DNA from: Stylophora pistillata
Taxonomy: Eukaryota
DNA length: 64,000 bases
Assembly (NCBI RefSeq): GCF_002571385.2
Contig: NW_019218190.1
Coordinates: 226,093 to 290,092, forward strand
Reading direction: 5' to 3'
Shown here: positions 37,228-50,007 of the stretch, one piece after another
Position numbering within the stretch: the first letter of the stretch is position 1
Layout of the letters: each line of letters opens with the position of its first letter
The notes under the pieces: model-generated
The model's input: the letters and a program-made list of their open reading frames with translations, nothing else
Told to the model about the DNA's origin: nothing
The model's database searches: none
Translations under genes and position numbers: made by a program

Positions 37228-37947
37228 CCAACAAGGCAGACAACCCCATGGTACGGTACACTTGGAGCCTTTCCTGCTTGTATGTTGCTGTTCCACCACT
37301 CATGCTGGAAGTTTTGTCCCTCGGATCCATCCTTGTAACGCCTCGGACTCAAACACTGAATATAACTATTCCATATTTCTGCTGCAATTTGTCAAAGAAG
37401 GAGGATGAAAGAGGGAAAATAATTAAAGAAACGATTAAAAGAGCTCTTTCAGCGGTAAGTTCATTGTTTTCTCCCTTAATGTCAGTCACTGTCTTAGCCA
37501 AAGTATAGTGTTAACAGGGTTCAGTTTTTCGAGCCAAGCAGCCCGCACAGTCCATATTTTTTACTGTTTACCTAATACATGAATAGTCAGTCTATGAAGC
37601 TATTGTTGGGATCTATACGCAGCTGAGACAGGTTACGAGTTCATCGCGTGTGTTTAATTAGCAACTTGTCAAGTTTACTTGAACCGGTTTCCGGGCCGGT
37701 ACCCATCAATACTTCTTGGTGGTAAGTGGCATTACGTAAGCTACTATAAACTGTCCCCTGGCTGTCCATCATTTAAAGTTTACACAATTTTGATTAAGGT
37801 TTGCTGGTATATTTCAGCTTCAAGACCTGGCCATATCACCAGGGATACGGGATCCGAGGCTTAACACAGCGGAATGTGTTGTCGAAGGCCACAAGATAGA
37901 CATAGAAGCTACAGGACGCAGTGTGTACATCAAAATAATCCTCTGGT

Positions 37948-38317
37948 AGTAGTAGAAGTAGACATCTATATATAAATACAGGATAGCCCCTTCAGTGTAG
38001 TAAACAATGGTATCAACGGGGGTCCTGTTACCCACCCATCCCACCCCATGGGAGGACATCCATCACACAGTAATCTCGTGCGTGGGAAATTAACGTCTCC
38101 TGCCCCAAACCCTACAGGAGACGGGACCTCCATCTATTCGTCCCTATCCGAGAAGACTAGAATATCTAACCATTTCTTGATGCTATAGAAAGGTAGCAAA
38201 TTCTTCTCAGTTATTTAAAGACCCTGACTGTTGGTCCGACCGGGGCTTGAACCCTCGACCTCCCGCACAACAGTCCAGCACTCTATCCACTGAGCTAACC
38301 GGGAGGCGGTTTACTAA
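37948..38317 (-). mobile_element. tRNA-derived SINE inserted in exon B of copy 8
   Basis: Minus-strand head GGTTAGCTCAGTGGATAGAG...GGTTCAAGCCCC and a (TAC)n-like tail. TGGT is duplicated at both ends. A short 3' fragment of the same family lies at ~48770-48835. Confidence 0.82.
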
Positions 38318-38612
38318 TGGTGTTCTTTTCTTTTCACTTGGACAGTTTTCCATATATTAACTTCATTCATTAAATACTGTAGAATAGAGGGTTGGTCAGA
38401 GCATACAACAACGGAAAACCCCGATACAACTGGCGGAAACAGGAAAAAGATCAGGATCAAAAATACTGCTAAGGCTATCTTTTATTTGGGTGTCTTGCTG
38501 TCATTTCTTGGTTTCAGTCAACAATTGGCGCTTCTTTTACGTGTAAATTTTTACATGGACGAAGTTCTCTTTTAATTGAACATTGCACCTATTTTAGTTC
38601 TCTGTCTGGTTC

Positions 38613-38741
38613 ACAGTTCGACTAGTTAGTTCTATTTTTAATCTCTATGGGTTAGAATGTATTACTTACTAACTTTAGTTTTGAGGGCCACTGGTTTATC
38701 AGCGCAAGCTGTTATGTGTATACCCTCTTTAAATAAAGTCG

Positions 38742-38778
<37 letters not shown>
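38613..38778 (+). mobile_element. 5'-truncated retroposon 3' end with (TTA)n tail
   Basis: AATAAA followed by ~12 TTA units. Absent from copy 2 at the aligned site. Confidence 0.7.
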
Positions 38779-38782
<4 letters not shown>

Positions 38783-41700
38783 ATACAATAACTGGCTTAG
38801 TCCCTCACATCCGCAGTGTCTTTGAGAATTATTTTTCATGGTTGAAGAGTCATCATACCTCGAAAGATTTGGCTGACGGGAAGAAGGTATGATTTGCTCC
38901 TGTTGGAGCTGTTTTCCTAAACTGGTCGCCTTTACAGGTGCAGCCACCACTAGTTTCTCTTCCTGTTGGATGTTAATCGGCATAGTGCTTAACCCAACTT
39001 GTGACTTGACTGTTACGCTCGTAATATGCTTTACATTTGCCCCTTTACTTATGCAGTCTACGAATAACTTACCTTAGTTAGCTGGAAACAGGAAAAGGTA
39101 AAACCTGATAAACTCCACGCTCTATTGCCTGGTTTGTTGGGTTTTCTTGCTGTTATTTTTCTAATTCCGGTAATAGTATTCGTCGGCCAGTCATTTAATG
39201 GAAGAGAAACTGCTGATGAAACACTGAAAACCATACTTAGACTGCTCTTGGTTCTTTCATTTCGTGGTTGTCTTGGAAGAGGCTTCTGAACAAAAGCCAA
39301 AAGTCAGAGGAGAAACAATCTCAACTCAAAGTAAGTTACCCCTTTACTTGTCCCACTCCTGGGCATGAAATGAAAGACGTTATCGATGGCGACGTAAGGC
39401 ATCCTTTATCCAGCAACCCATCAATTGATTCCACCTCAAGCCAGAATTCTCCTCAAGCTGACTCTATACTGGAAATAATCGAGGCTGATGTGGGACAGCC
39501 TGTATTAAGTGGCCAGTATTGTGATTTGAAACCTTCTGCAGATAACTCTGGAACGGATTTTATTGTAGATGACGTGAGGCAGCCGGCATCTAAAGGTTCG
39601 TCTACTCACTCCACCCCAGGCCAAAGATCTCTTAAAGCTGGCTCTCTTACAATCATTACTGACGATCATATAAGGCAACCTGAATCCTTTCGCTCGTCTG
39701 CTAGTCGCGCTCTAGGCCAGGACCCTCCTACGCGAGACTTTTCAACGGAAACTTTAGTTCCTGTTGTAAACCAACCTGTATGTAATTCCCCATCAACCGA
39801 TCACATCCCGCAACAGGCAAACCCTGCAGATGAATCTGTTGTGGAAATTGCTGTTGATGGTGCAACGGAAATTATAAATCAGCCTTCATCCGGTGGCCCA
39901 TCGAATTACACCACAGATCATATCCTTACCGCAAAGCATTCAGTGACGAAAATTGTTGCTTCTATTGCACACCAGTCTCCAAACAGTGAAACATCATCTG
40001 ATCACAGTCCAAGTTATCAACATCCGGAGCAAACCGCCATGGAAACTCAGACCTCATCTGGGGTGTTCGATTACCAACAACTTCCTGAGGATGGGCCAAT
40101 CATCGGACTTGATGAAGACCATCCCACCTCTGATGTAACATCCTCCTTTCACAGCCCAGGTCATCCACCAAGTGACCCTCTGACGGTTCACGATCACATT
40201 ACTGCGGAAAGCCAATCTTCATCTGATGGTTCAGTTTCAGATAAAAGCCTAGCAGGTTATCCTTGGGTTGAAAATATTGAAAATATCGAGTCAGTTCACG
40301 AGAAACAAAGAGAAACAGTGATAACCAGAGAGAGCAACGTGTAGCAGAATATGAATTTGTTGGCTCAAAACTCGGTCTTCATATAGAACACCATTTTTCT
40401 TTGCGATCGCTTTCTCTCCTTTCTTTCAAAATTTGAAAGGTCAGAATAGTTGTGAAATGGCAAGAAAACTATTTCCTATTATTGGTTGCCCCTTGTCTGC
40501 AAAGTCACACATTTGACAAAAAATTGAAGATTTCGACACTTCACTGAAATTGATTACATCGTGAGGAACTAAGCACAGTAACATAAATGGTATTGTCGGT
40601 ACCCCGGTTGTGTGTAGAAAATACGCAATTACGGAAAAGTATAACAAATATCTTTTCAACATAACGGTTATTACTGAAAAAAACGATCTGTCAGGGAGGT
40701 TTTTAGTAACAAGAGAGGAGGCAAGATTTTTTTTTCCGCTCATGATAACGCAGTTGAGGAACACGAGCGACTTGGTGGTGATGTTGTATGGCCACTTTTT
40801 GTACAACTGTAGATTGAGTCTAGCTTAAGATCTAACAACGAGTCATTTTCTTCGTTGTTAAAGTTTTTTTTCATAATCACTAAGTTCCTCAAAGATGTTA
40901 TTGTGCTTTGGGCTAAGTACACTTGAACACTTTTGTTCTCTAGTTGACTTAGTTTGACTAAACTGATAGTAGCTATATATTGTTGTGATGTGATCAGTTC
41001 GAATAGATTCATTCTTTTTCACCCTAAGGAAATCTAGTTAAGAAAAAGCTTGGATATATTGTTGACCAATAAACTTGTAAAACTTCAAAACCAATCGAGG
41101 GTTCGTTTTCAGGTCGACTTCATAATGAAGCAGCTTGCATTTACTCGAAAATAAGCTCAAAAATTAGTCGCAATAGCTGACCCGTGGCTCCAAATGTCAC
41201 AACACTATTATCAACCTGTTATCACTGTATACTAAAAATATTGCGTGACGTATAAGTCAAATCATGAGGAAACATTTAGTAGCTCTCTGTGGGGGAAATT
41301 TCTCATGATATGAGACTTCTCCACTAACCTTGAGTTAAAATAACGACTAGGTAGTCATTATAGAAGATCAGGTATGTAACGTATTCCAACCATTAAAGAA
41401 TTGAGTAATATAGAGTTCATAGAACAACTTCCCTTTTCTTCCGGGGAAATCTTGCGTGACTTATTTAAATTCACACAAAAGTAAGTGATCTGTAGTCGTT
41501 CGACTCCGATCGTCACAGACTTAAGTAAAAATTCTGGATTTCATTTTGGGCGTCATTGCTCTTGACCGTTTGGTTTAGTGAAAAACATCAAGTCTCTTCA
41601 CAGGGGAGGTACTTTCCACTTGTTTTATAAGATTTTTCGTTTAGTTATAAGCTTGTAGTATAGTCCGCTCTCCGAAACCTCAAAGACGACCAGGATTCAG

Positions 41701-42344
41701 AGCGTGTTTATACAGAAAATGTTTATTAGCGCAAGTTTACCCATGAAATAGCTTTGCATTTCAAAAGTATTAGACGCCGAAAGAGATTTCAATGTCTAAA
41801 ATTCCCATGTTTTTGCAAGGTTTTAGCGAGTAGAATCAATGCTTCAACAGTTGTCTGTGATAAGCGCGAGAAATAAAATTAGGTCAGTCGAACTTACGAT
41901 AAGCTATTAGTCGTGAATTTATGAGGGTTTAGGCGAACAGTTAGGCTGTTACTGACGCTGAATTTTTTCCTTAAATGTTTATGTCAAAAGGAAATGATTT
42001 AAAATTTTGATTGTATAGTAGAAGCTGCGAATGGCAAACGAAAGTAGCTTACAGACACGGATTGTTGAGGTTAGACATGGAAACCGGAAGTATCGAGAAC
42101 GCATCCTCTGATTTGCATCCAGCCGACATATTAAGTATTTCTCCGGCAAGCCAAAATTTAGGGACACTGTACCACAAATTACTACAAATAAACTGTTGCA
42201 AACAACCTTTTCGTAAACATTACAATCACTTCACCCACATTGTAACTTGTTTCTTCGCATGAATTCGCAAGAAATCATAAACCGATTCTCCCTAAATATA
42301 TTCACTGCTGAAAGAAAAACATTCTCTATTTCGATCAAAGCCTC

Positions 42345-42490
42345 TTTTCACCATGGAGTATAAATAGGTATCAGAAAACTCTCAAGGACCGGTTTTTTCA
42401 ACGTTTTGGGTGATTTTCTGCGATGAACTTGCAACCTGTCCACAGAAGTAGCATTGCTCCAACTCAGTTCATGCTATGGAAACTGTTATA
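42345..42490 (+). mobile_element. Old SINE remnant upstream of clade C genes (also ~47525-47660 and ~51468-51610)
   Basis: GGAGTATAAATAGGTA...CTGCGATG.ACTTGCA.CC.GTCCA...TTCATGCTA.GGAAAC resembles a common cnidarian SINE body; recognised from memory only. Confidence 0.45.
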
Positions 42491-42670
42491 ACCTCTACTG
42501 AGCTGTAATTTAAGCGAGTCTACGATCGTGTGATGGCTAGTCTTGAATAATCGGCATCATCAACCTCAAGTGGATCCAATAAAACTGATTTGTATTTAAT
42601 CCTTTTTTTTTTTCTTTCAGGAAACATTTTAACTGGCCAAGGGATTCAAAGCCATTAAAATCTCTCCTGT

Positions 42671-44940
42671 ATGTCAAGGATGCCATTCTTGCGATTCGAT
42701 CTGAAATTTCTTTTCCTCATTCAAGTTATGACAACATACTTACTTCCAAAACACATGTCTCAAGCAACGGTTACTAATAATTGTACAAGTGTTGTCTATG
42801 CAACTGATGCCTGTAATAAAATCACCTACGAACAGGTCTACAACATCTTGGCAAAGTCAGAAAACAGCTTCAACATCACGTCTGCTCTATATCCAGCCAA
42901 GAAGCCCTCTTCAGTTCGTGTGTTTGTATATGTTTATGGCCCCAATGAAAAAAATTCAACTCCTGCTTCCAACTACACGTGGAGTATTTCTTGCCTGTAT
43001 GCCGCTGTCCCTGCAAAAGTCCTTCAATTTTGGTCTTTATGGTCAATCATGGTAACCACACGAACTCAGAGGCTTGACATAACAATTTCACTTTCCTGCT
43101 GTGATGTAACGAAAGGGAAACTAAAACAATACATCGAGGACGCTCTAGCTGCTGTAAGTACTTTGACTAACGTAGATCACGTACCAAAGTAGCAGTAACA
43201 TATCAAATGAACAGGAAAAACAAATCAGGAAAAAACACTATACTCTAATCATCTAAACATCTAATTATTATGGACACTTTTTCGAGTCAGAAAAGAATCA
43301 AAAGTAGGGTTATTACTTCAGTTACTCTAACCTCATCTATAAATTAATCAATATGGACTGAAAAGGAGAAGTCTGGATATGTTTTATTTTGAACTACGTC
43401 TTCACTTCCCTCCCCTTCGCTCATTAAGTTTGTTTATTAACCTTTTTGTTTCCATATCTCCCACAAACTGGAAGGTACTCTGCTAGTGAGCGCAAATATC
43501 AAGAATCGAAGGAATGTAATATAAAACTGTCCTTGAACAGAAACGTGATGATTCTCTAAAGTAGAAATGAAATTTTTTTCCTTTTCCATCTTTGTGGAGA
43601 ACATCATTTCATATTTCCTGTATCTGAGTTATTTGGCAAACTGTACAAGAGTCAGGAATTCATTTCTTTTCCCTGAGACTCGTGGCTAATTTCGGAGAAT
43701 TTGCATATATGTTGGACAAGCACCCCAATGTCCAACATTATTGCCCGTTATTTTGACCAAGAATCCATGACCTGCTACCAGTTTATCCAACAGGATTTCT
43801 CTGTTCTGTGTCTTATTATTTTCCCAAATTTTGCGATGACCTTAGGTCATCTTGGTTTTCTGCTGATTCGTTTACAATCATCTTTATGTTCGACTTATGT
43901 TAGTTCTGTCTACTATTTCACAGCTTCAAGATTTGGCTGTTCTTCCGGGATTACGAGACCCACAACTGAATTCAGCTGAGTGTATCATAGAGGGAAATAA
44001 ACTAAATATTTCTTCTACAGCAGAACACAGTTGGCGAATGAAAACAATGCTTGTCCTCTCCTTTCTCTTTTCAGCACTGTCTGGACCATTGTTAGCCTTT
44101 TATGCAACGCAAAAACGGGACGAACTGTCATTGATTAAGAAAAGGACAATAAATTTCTTGTGTAAATTTTTGTTTGTAACATTCATTGCTTTAGTTATAG
44201 CAAAAGAGATAACAGTCCATACATGTAGCCCTGATGAGGAACTTGATCCTCCTTGTATTGATGTAAAACAACCGGCCATACGAGTATTTGAGGCAATACA
44301 ACCGGTCCTAATAGGAGTTGGAGTGTTTGTCTTTTCTGTGGCATATCCTTTATGTAAAGGGAAAACGGACAACCAGAACAATCATTCAGTAGGGCGCACC
44401 GTAGAGGTGAAGTCATTCTTTTTCATAATTTGTTCAAATTTTGCAGTCTTCCATTTTTGTTGGCTCTTAGTTGGCATGATGCTGAATCCTATCTGGGGTC
44501 TTGTTGTTCTGCTCCTAGTTTGCCTTGTTATTGGTGTCATAACCTTTGCATTCTATACCTTCATGTCTTCAATAACTTCTAAAAATAACGACGGAAACAT
44601 CACCACCGATTGCCGTAGTTGGGATTGTTGTCAGTCGTTCTCCTCTTGTTTAGCAGGGTGCCTAGCTGTTTATGGTCTTATTGCTATGGTGCTTTTTGCT
44701 GGGCAGTCATATAGTGGGAGGGATACTGCCAATGAAGCTTTGAAAGAAGCAGTGATGTATTTAATCTCCATATTCTTTTCATGGCTCTATTGGAAGAAGT
44801 GGGTTAGTAAAAGTCACAAATCTGGTGACAGCCAAAGTAGGTCTGTTCAGACTACCCCTTTACTATCACAAAATCGTCAGGCTCCAGAAAATCGCTTCGA
44901 AATGCAACCACTAACAAGCCATCATGGCAATGGAAATTGA
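42671..44940 (+). CDS. Orphan 7TM receptor-like protein, copy 9 (clade C); exons 42671 (or 42680)-43153 and 43924-44940; ~499 aa
   Basis: Acceptor tttcag at 42620, donor GCT|gtaagt at 43153, acceptor tcacag|CTTCAAGAT at 43923/43924. Uninterrupted frame. Confidence 0.88.
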
Positions 44941-46207
44941 TCAACTTATTCTAACACTTTAATCTAGCCTCTCAATCTGAAAAAAATAATCGCTGGAGGA
45001 GCAAAGGCCAAAGAATGGCAGCTATCAACAGATGTGCCCTAGTACATAAAATTTCTAAAGGGAACTCAGACTTTTTTCTTCATCCTTTGCAAGTGACAAG
45101 ATGAAAAAAACATCTCTTTTCAACATAACATTTGTTTTCATCTGCATGGTGCTTCATTTGCTTCACTTGCAAACCTTAATATTATGATATGCGTAAACCA
45201 ACTGAAAGTGGTTCCCTGACTCTAAACATGGGATTAATAATTGTCCCTTCATTTACTTATCACTTTCTGGTAACTCAGAGGAGAGAATTTGGTATTGTAT
45301 CAAAACAAAAGCCAATCTGGCTGATGCAATTATCTTTTCTTTTTTCCTAAATGCTATATAATGTATTGATTTTCTAGGGAGAAGTTATTACTTAATCATA
45401 AATTTGACATGCTGAATAACAGTTCAAGCTAATGCAATAACTAGATAAAATACTATTCCTCGAACACCTAATTATTATCAGAAGTACAGCATTTTTTATA
45501 AAACTGCTGAAATGAATGAAATGGATCTCTTTTTCAACATTGGTCGTCAATGGAACAACGATCTGTTGGGGAAGGTTTTTAGTAACAAGAGAAGAAATAA
45601 TATTTACAGTTGTGAAGAAAAAAATGGTCAGGAACACGGGCCAATTGCTGTATTGTTGTGTTACTATTTGTAGTACAATTCAGATTGAGTCTAGCTTAAG
45701 ATCTAACAAAGAGTACAAAGAGTATGTGACGTTTTCAAAGATGTCACTGTATTTTAGACAAACTGCTCTAGAGCGTTGTTCTCTACTATTGATAGTCATG
45801 TGACTTAGTTAAACTAGACTGGGTAACTTACCTAAGCTAAAGTGATAGGAGTTATTTTTGCTGATGTGATCAGTTCAGGCACTTTTATTCGTCAGTTCAG
45901 TGTATGATCCTGATTCTATAGCAAATCGTGTAAAGTAACGTTTGGATTTATTACCACTCAATAAACTTGTGAAACTTCAAAACCAACTCAAGACTCATCT
46001 CCAAGTCAACTCCGCCGAAAAAGAATCAGCTTGCATTTACTCGAAAATATATCTAAGTATCATTTACAGTAGCTGACCTGTGGCTCCAGTTGTCACAACA
46101 CCATTATCAACTCGTTTACGCTGGAGGCTAAATATATCACCTGATTTAGAAGTCAAATCTTGTGGAAACATTCAGCCTGTTTATCGGTAAGGTAAATTTC
46201 TCATCAT

Positions 46208-46456
46208 CAGGGCCGTAGCGAGAATAAGGCAAGACGAGGCAGTTGCCTCGTCTTGATTTTGGCCTTTTCTAAAATTTTTTTTCTTGAAGATTGACTTTTC
46301 TGAAGAAAAATGCCGCGAAAAATCCTTAAAAGGGCATTTCTGAACCTCTAGATTTCAAAATTTTCTGGGGGGCATGCCCCCAAACCCCCCTTGCGGCTCG
46401 CGCCTTCGGCGCTCGAAAATTGCCGCGTCTTGTCCTGAAGTCTGGCTACAGCCTTG
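46208..46456. mobile_element. MITE
   Basis: TIRs CAGGGCCGTAGC / GCTACAGCCTTG, near-TSD ATCAT/ATGAT. Empty sites at ~12845 and ~50423. Confidence 0.8.
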
Positions 46457-47859
46457 ATGATATCAGACTTCTCCATCGGCCTTGACTTCAAATATCGATT
46501 AGATAGCCATAGAAGATCAGGTTTCTTAATTATTCAAACCGTTAAAGAACTAGGTATTATAGGTGTGTGGTTTAATAGTTTACAACTTCCCTTTTCTTTC
46601 GGGGAAAAACAGCGTGACATATTATTGACACTAAAATTAAGTGAACTGCGGTCGTTCGACTCCCGTCGTCACAGGTTTAAATGAAAATTCTGGATATCTC
46701 ATTTTGGTGTCGTTGCACTTGATCGCTTGGTTTGTTGAAAAAGATCAAGTCTTCTTCATAAGGAAGGTACTCTCTACCTCTTTCATAAGATATTTTTGTA
46801 AGTTATAAACTTGTAGTGCACCGTCCAAAACATCAAAGACAAACAGGGTTCAGAGTATGGTAATTACCCTCGACGCAAGTTTTTCCACTATACATTTCAG
46901 ATTTATTAGACACAATGTGAGATTGCGATATCTAAAATTTCAAGTTTTTGCAAGGTTTTAGTGCCTAGAATCAGTGACTCCACGGTTGTCTGTGATAAGG
47001 ACGAGCGATAAGTATAGGTCAGTCGAGCTTACGATTAGCCATTAGTCGTTAAGAGGGTTCAGACAAACAGTTAGGCTGTTAACAGCGCTTATTTTTTTCC
47101 TTTCATGTTTATATCAAAAGGAATTGATTTTAAATTTTTACTATATATTAGAAGCTTCGAATATAACTGCTACTACTACTACTACTACTAGAAGCTTCGA
47201 ATGGAAAACAATAGCAGCTCACAGACACGGATTATTGGAGTTAGACGCTGGTATTCAATGAAAACCGGAAGTATCGTGAACGTGTCCTCTGATTTGCATC
47301 CAGCCGATATACTAAATATTTCTCTGGCAAGCCAAGATTTAGGGACTCTGTACCACAAATTACTACGAATAAATTGTTGCCAACAACCCTTCCTCTAACA
47401 TTACGATCATTTCACCGACATTATAGCTGTTTCTTCACATGAATTCGTAAGATATCTTTCAACGATTCTTCTTGAACATATTCACTGTTTAAAGAAAAGC
47501 ATCCTTTATTCCCATCAAAGCCTCTTTTCAACATCGAGTATAAATAGGTTTCAGAAACTCTCTTTTGGATGCGCTAGGTGGTTTTCTGCGATGGACTTGC
47601 AACCTGTCCACAGGGAGCAGCAATACTCCAATTCCGGCTCCATGCTCCGGCAACCGTAAGAAGACTACTGAAGAACCTCCAGTCCAGCAGTAATTTAGGC
47701 GAGTCTACGATCTTGTGGTGGCTTGTCTTGAATAATAAGCCTCAAAAACCCGAAGTGGATCCAATAAAGCTGATTCATATTAATTCCGTTTTACTTGCAG
47801 GAAATATTTTAACTGGTCAAGGGATTCAAAGCTATAAGAATCTCTACCGTTTCTCAAGG

Positions 47860-49380
47860 ATGGCATTCTTGTGATTCAATAATAAATTTCTCTTCTTCAT
47901 TCAAGTTATAATAATACACTTACTTCCAAAACACATTTCTCGAGCAACAGTTACCAATAATTGTACAAGTGCTGTCTATCCAGAAGATGCCTGTAACAAA
48001 ATCACCTACGAACACTGAGGTCTACAACATCTTGACAAAGTCAGAAAACAGTTTCAACATTGAGTCAGCTCTTTATCCACCAAAATAGCCCTCTTCAGTT
48101 CGTGGGTTTGTAAATGTCTATGGTCCCAACAAAACGGAAAATTCAACTCCTGCTGCCAAATACACGTGGAGTATTTCTTGCCTGTATGCTGCTTTCCCTG
48201 CAAAAGTCCTTCAATTTTGGTCTTTATGGTCAATCATGGTGACCACACGAGCTCAGAAGCTTGACATAACAATTTCACTTTTCTGCTGTGATGTAACGAA
48301 AGGGAAACTAAAAAAACACATCGAGGACGCTCTAGCTGCTGTGAGTACTTTGACTAACTTAGATCACGTACCAAAATAGGAATAAAATATCAAATGAACA
48401 GGAAAGGCCAATCAGAAAAACACTCCACTCTAGCCTTATAAACACTTGGCATGGACACTTTTCTGAGTCAAAAAAGAATGAAAAGTAGAGTTTTTACTTC
48501 AGCTACTCTTACCTCATCCGTGAATCAATCAATAAGGACTGAAAATGAGAGGTCTGGACATGTTTGATTTTGAACCACGTCCCCAGCCCCGTCCCCTGCC
48601 CTCGCATAAGTTTGTTTACTAATATTTTTTGTTTCAGTCTCTCCACAAACTGGAAGTTAATCTGCAAGTGAGCCCAACTATCAAAAGTCGAAAGAAAGTA
48701 AAATAAAAGTGTCCTGGAAGTGCTTGAACAGAAATGTGATGATTCTCTTAAGTGGAGATGAAATTATCAATAATAATAGTAATAATAATAATAACGAATA
48801 TTTATACAGGATAGCCCTTCAGTGCAGGAGCACTGACATTTCGTCTTTGTGGAGAACACTGAGCATTTCAAATTTCCCTTTATGTAAGTGAGTTCTTTAG
48901 CAAACTGTACAAGAGGCAGAAAATTAGTTTCTTTTCCCTGAGACTTGTGGCTTATTCGGGAGAGTTGGCATATATGTTGGACATGCAACCCAATGTTCAA
49001 CATTATGACCCGTTATTATGACCAAGAATCCATCACCTGGTATCAGTCTATCCAACGGGATTTCACTGTTCTGTGTCTAAACATATTCCCACGTTTTGCA
49101 ATAACCCATCGCTCATGCCAGTTTTATTTTTTTTCACTGATTCTTTAAAAACCATCTTCATGTTTAACTTATCATAGTTTTGTCTTCTGTTTCACAGCTT
49201 CAAGATTTGGCTGTTCGTCCAGGATTACGAGACCCACAACTGAATTCGGCTGAGTGTATCACAGAGGGACATCAACCAAGTCTTTTTCCTTCTACAGAAC
49301 ACAGTTGGCGAATAATATCAATTTTAGGCCTCTCCTTTCTCTTTTCAACACTGTTTGGGCCATTGTTAGCCTTTTATGTA
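47860..49380 (+). pseudogene. Copy 10 (clade C); exon A 47860-48340, exon B truncated 49198-~49380
   Basis: CGA>TGA at codon 5, a 4-bp insertion at ~48015 and a further stop. Most of exon B is deleted. Confidence 0.88.
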
Positions 49381-49919
49381 AACCAATTGAAAACTGTGTC
49401 CTTTCTGGTAAATTAGTGAAGAGTATTTTGCATTGTATCAAAATAGCAGCCAGTCTGGTTGACAAACTCATATTTTCCTCTTTCCCTATGTGCTGGAATG
49501 CCTTCATTTTCAAAGGAATAGTTATCACTTAACCACAAATTTGACATGCTGTATAACAGTTCAAGCTAATGCCGCTATAATTATATAACATCCTATTACT
49601 CATAGACCAAATTATTAGAAGAAGTACAGCATTGTTTATAAAACTGCAGAGATGAATGACATAGATCTCTTTCCAACATTGGAGTCATCAATGGAAGTAA
49701 CGAGAGAAGAAGCGATAATATTTAAAGTTAATAAAAAGAAAAATGGTCAGGAACACGAGCGAAATGGTTGTATTGTTTTGTTACTATTTGTTGTGCAAAT
49801 TGAGATTGAGTCTAGCTTAAGATCTAGCAAAGAGTAATTTTTTTCGTTATGGAAGTTTGTCATATGAGACATTTTCAAAGATGTCACTGTATTTTAGGCA
49901 AACTCTTCTTGTGCATTGT

Positions 49920-50007
49920 AGTAGTAGAGTAGTAGTAGAAACTTTATTAGAGTGTCGAAAAGCCGTCTAGCCAGGGAACAAATCCCCTACTAATTTGGGG
50001 ACACCAA
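49920..50007 (-). mobile_element. Short retroposon 3' fragment with (TAC)n tail
   Basis: Flanked by duplicated ATTGT, minus-strand AATAAA before the tail, absent in paralogous spacers. Confidence 0.55.

Larger units (their letters stand above)
36852..40344 (+). pseudogene. Copy 8 (clade B, sister of copy 2); exons 36852-37454 and 37818-40344
   Basis: ATG changed to GTG, three TE insertions, at least five small frameshifts and a TAT>TAA stop relative to copy 2. The tail 39268-40344 stays open and ends RESNV*. Confidence 0.88.

Noticed and set aside
42355-42370. Conserved TATA box (TATAAATA) upstream of clade C genes
   Set aside because: It lies within what looks like an old SINE body duplicated along with the genes, so its conservation is not evidence of promoter function.
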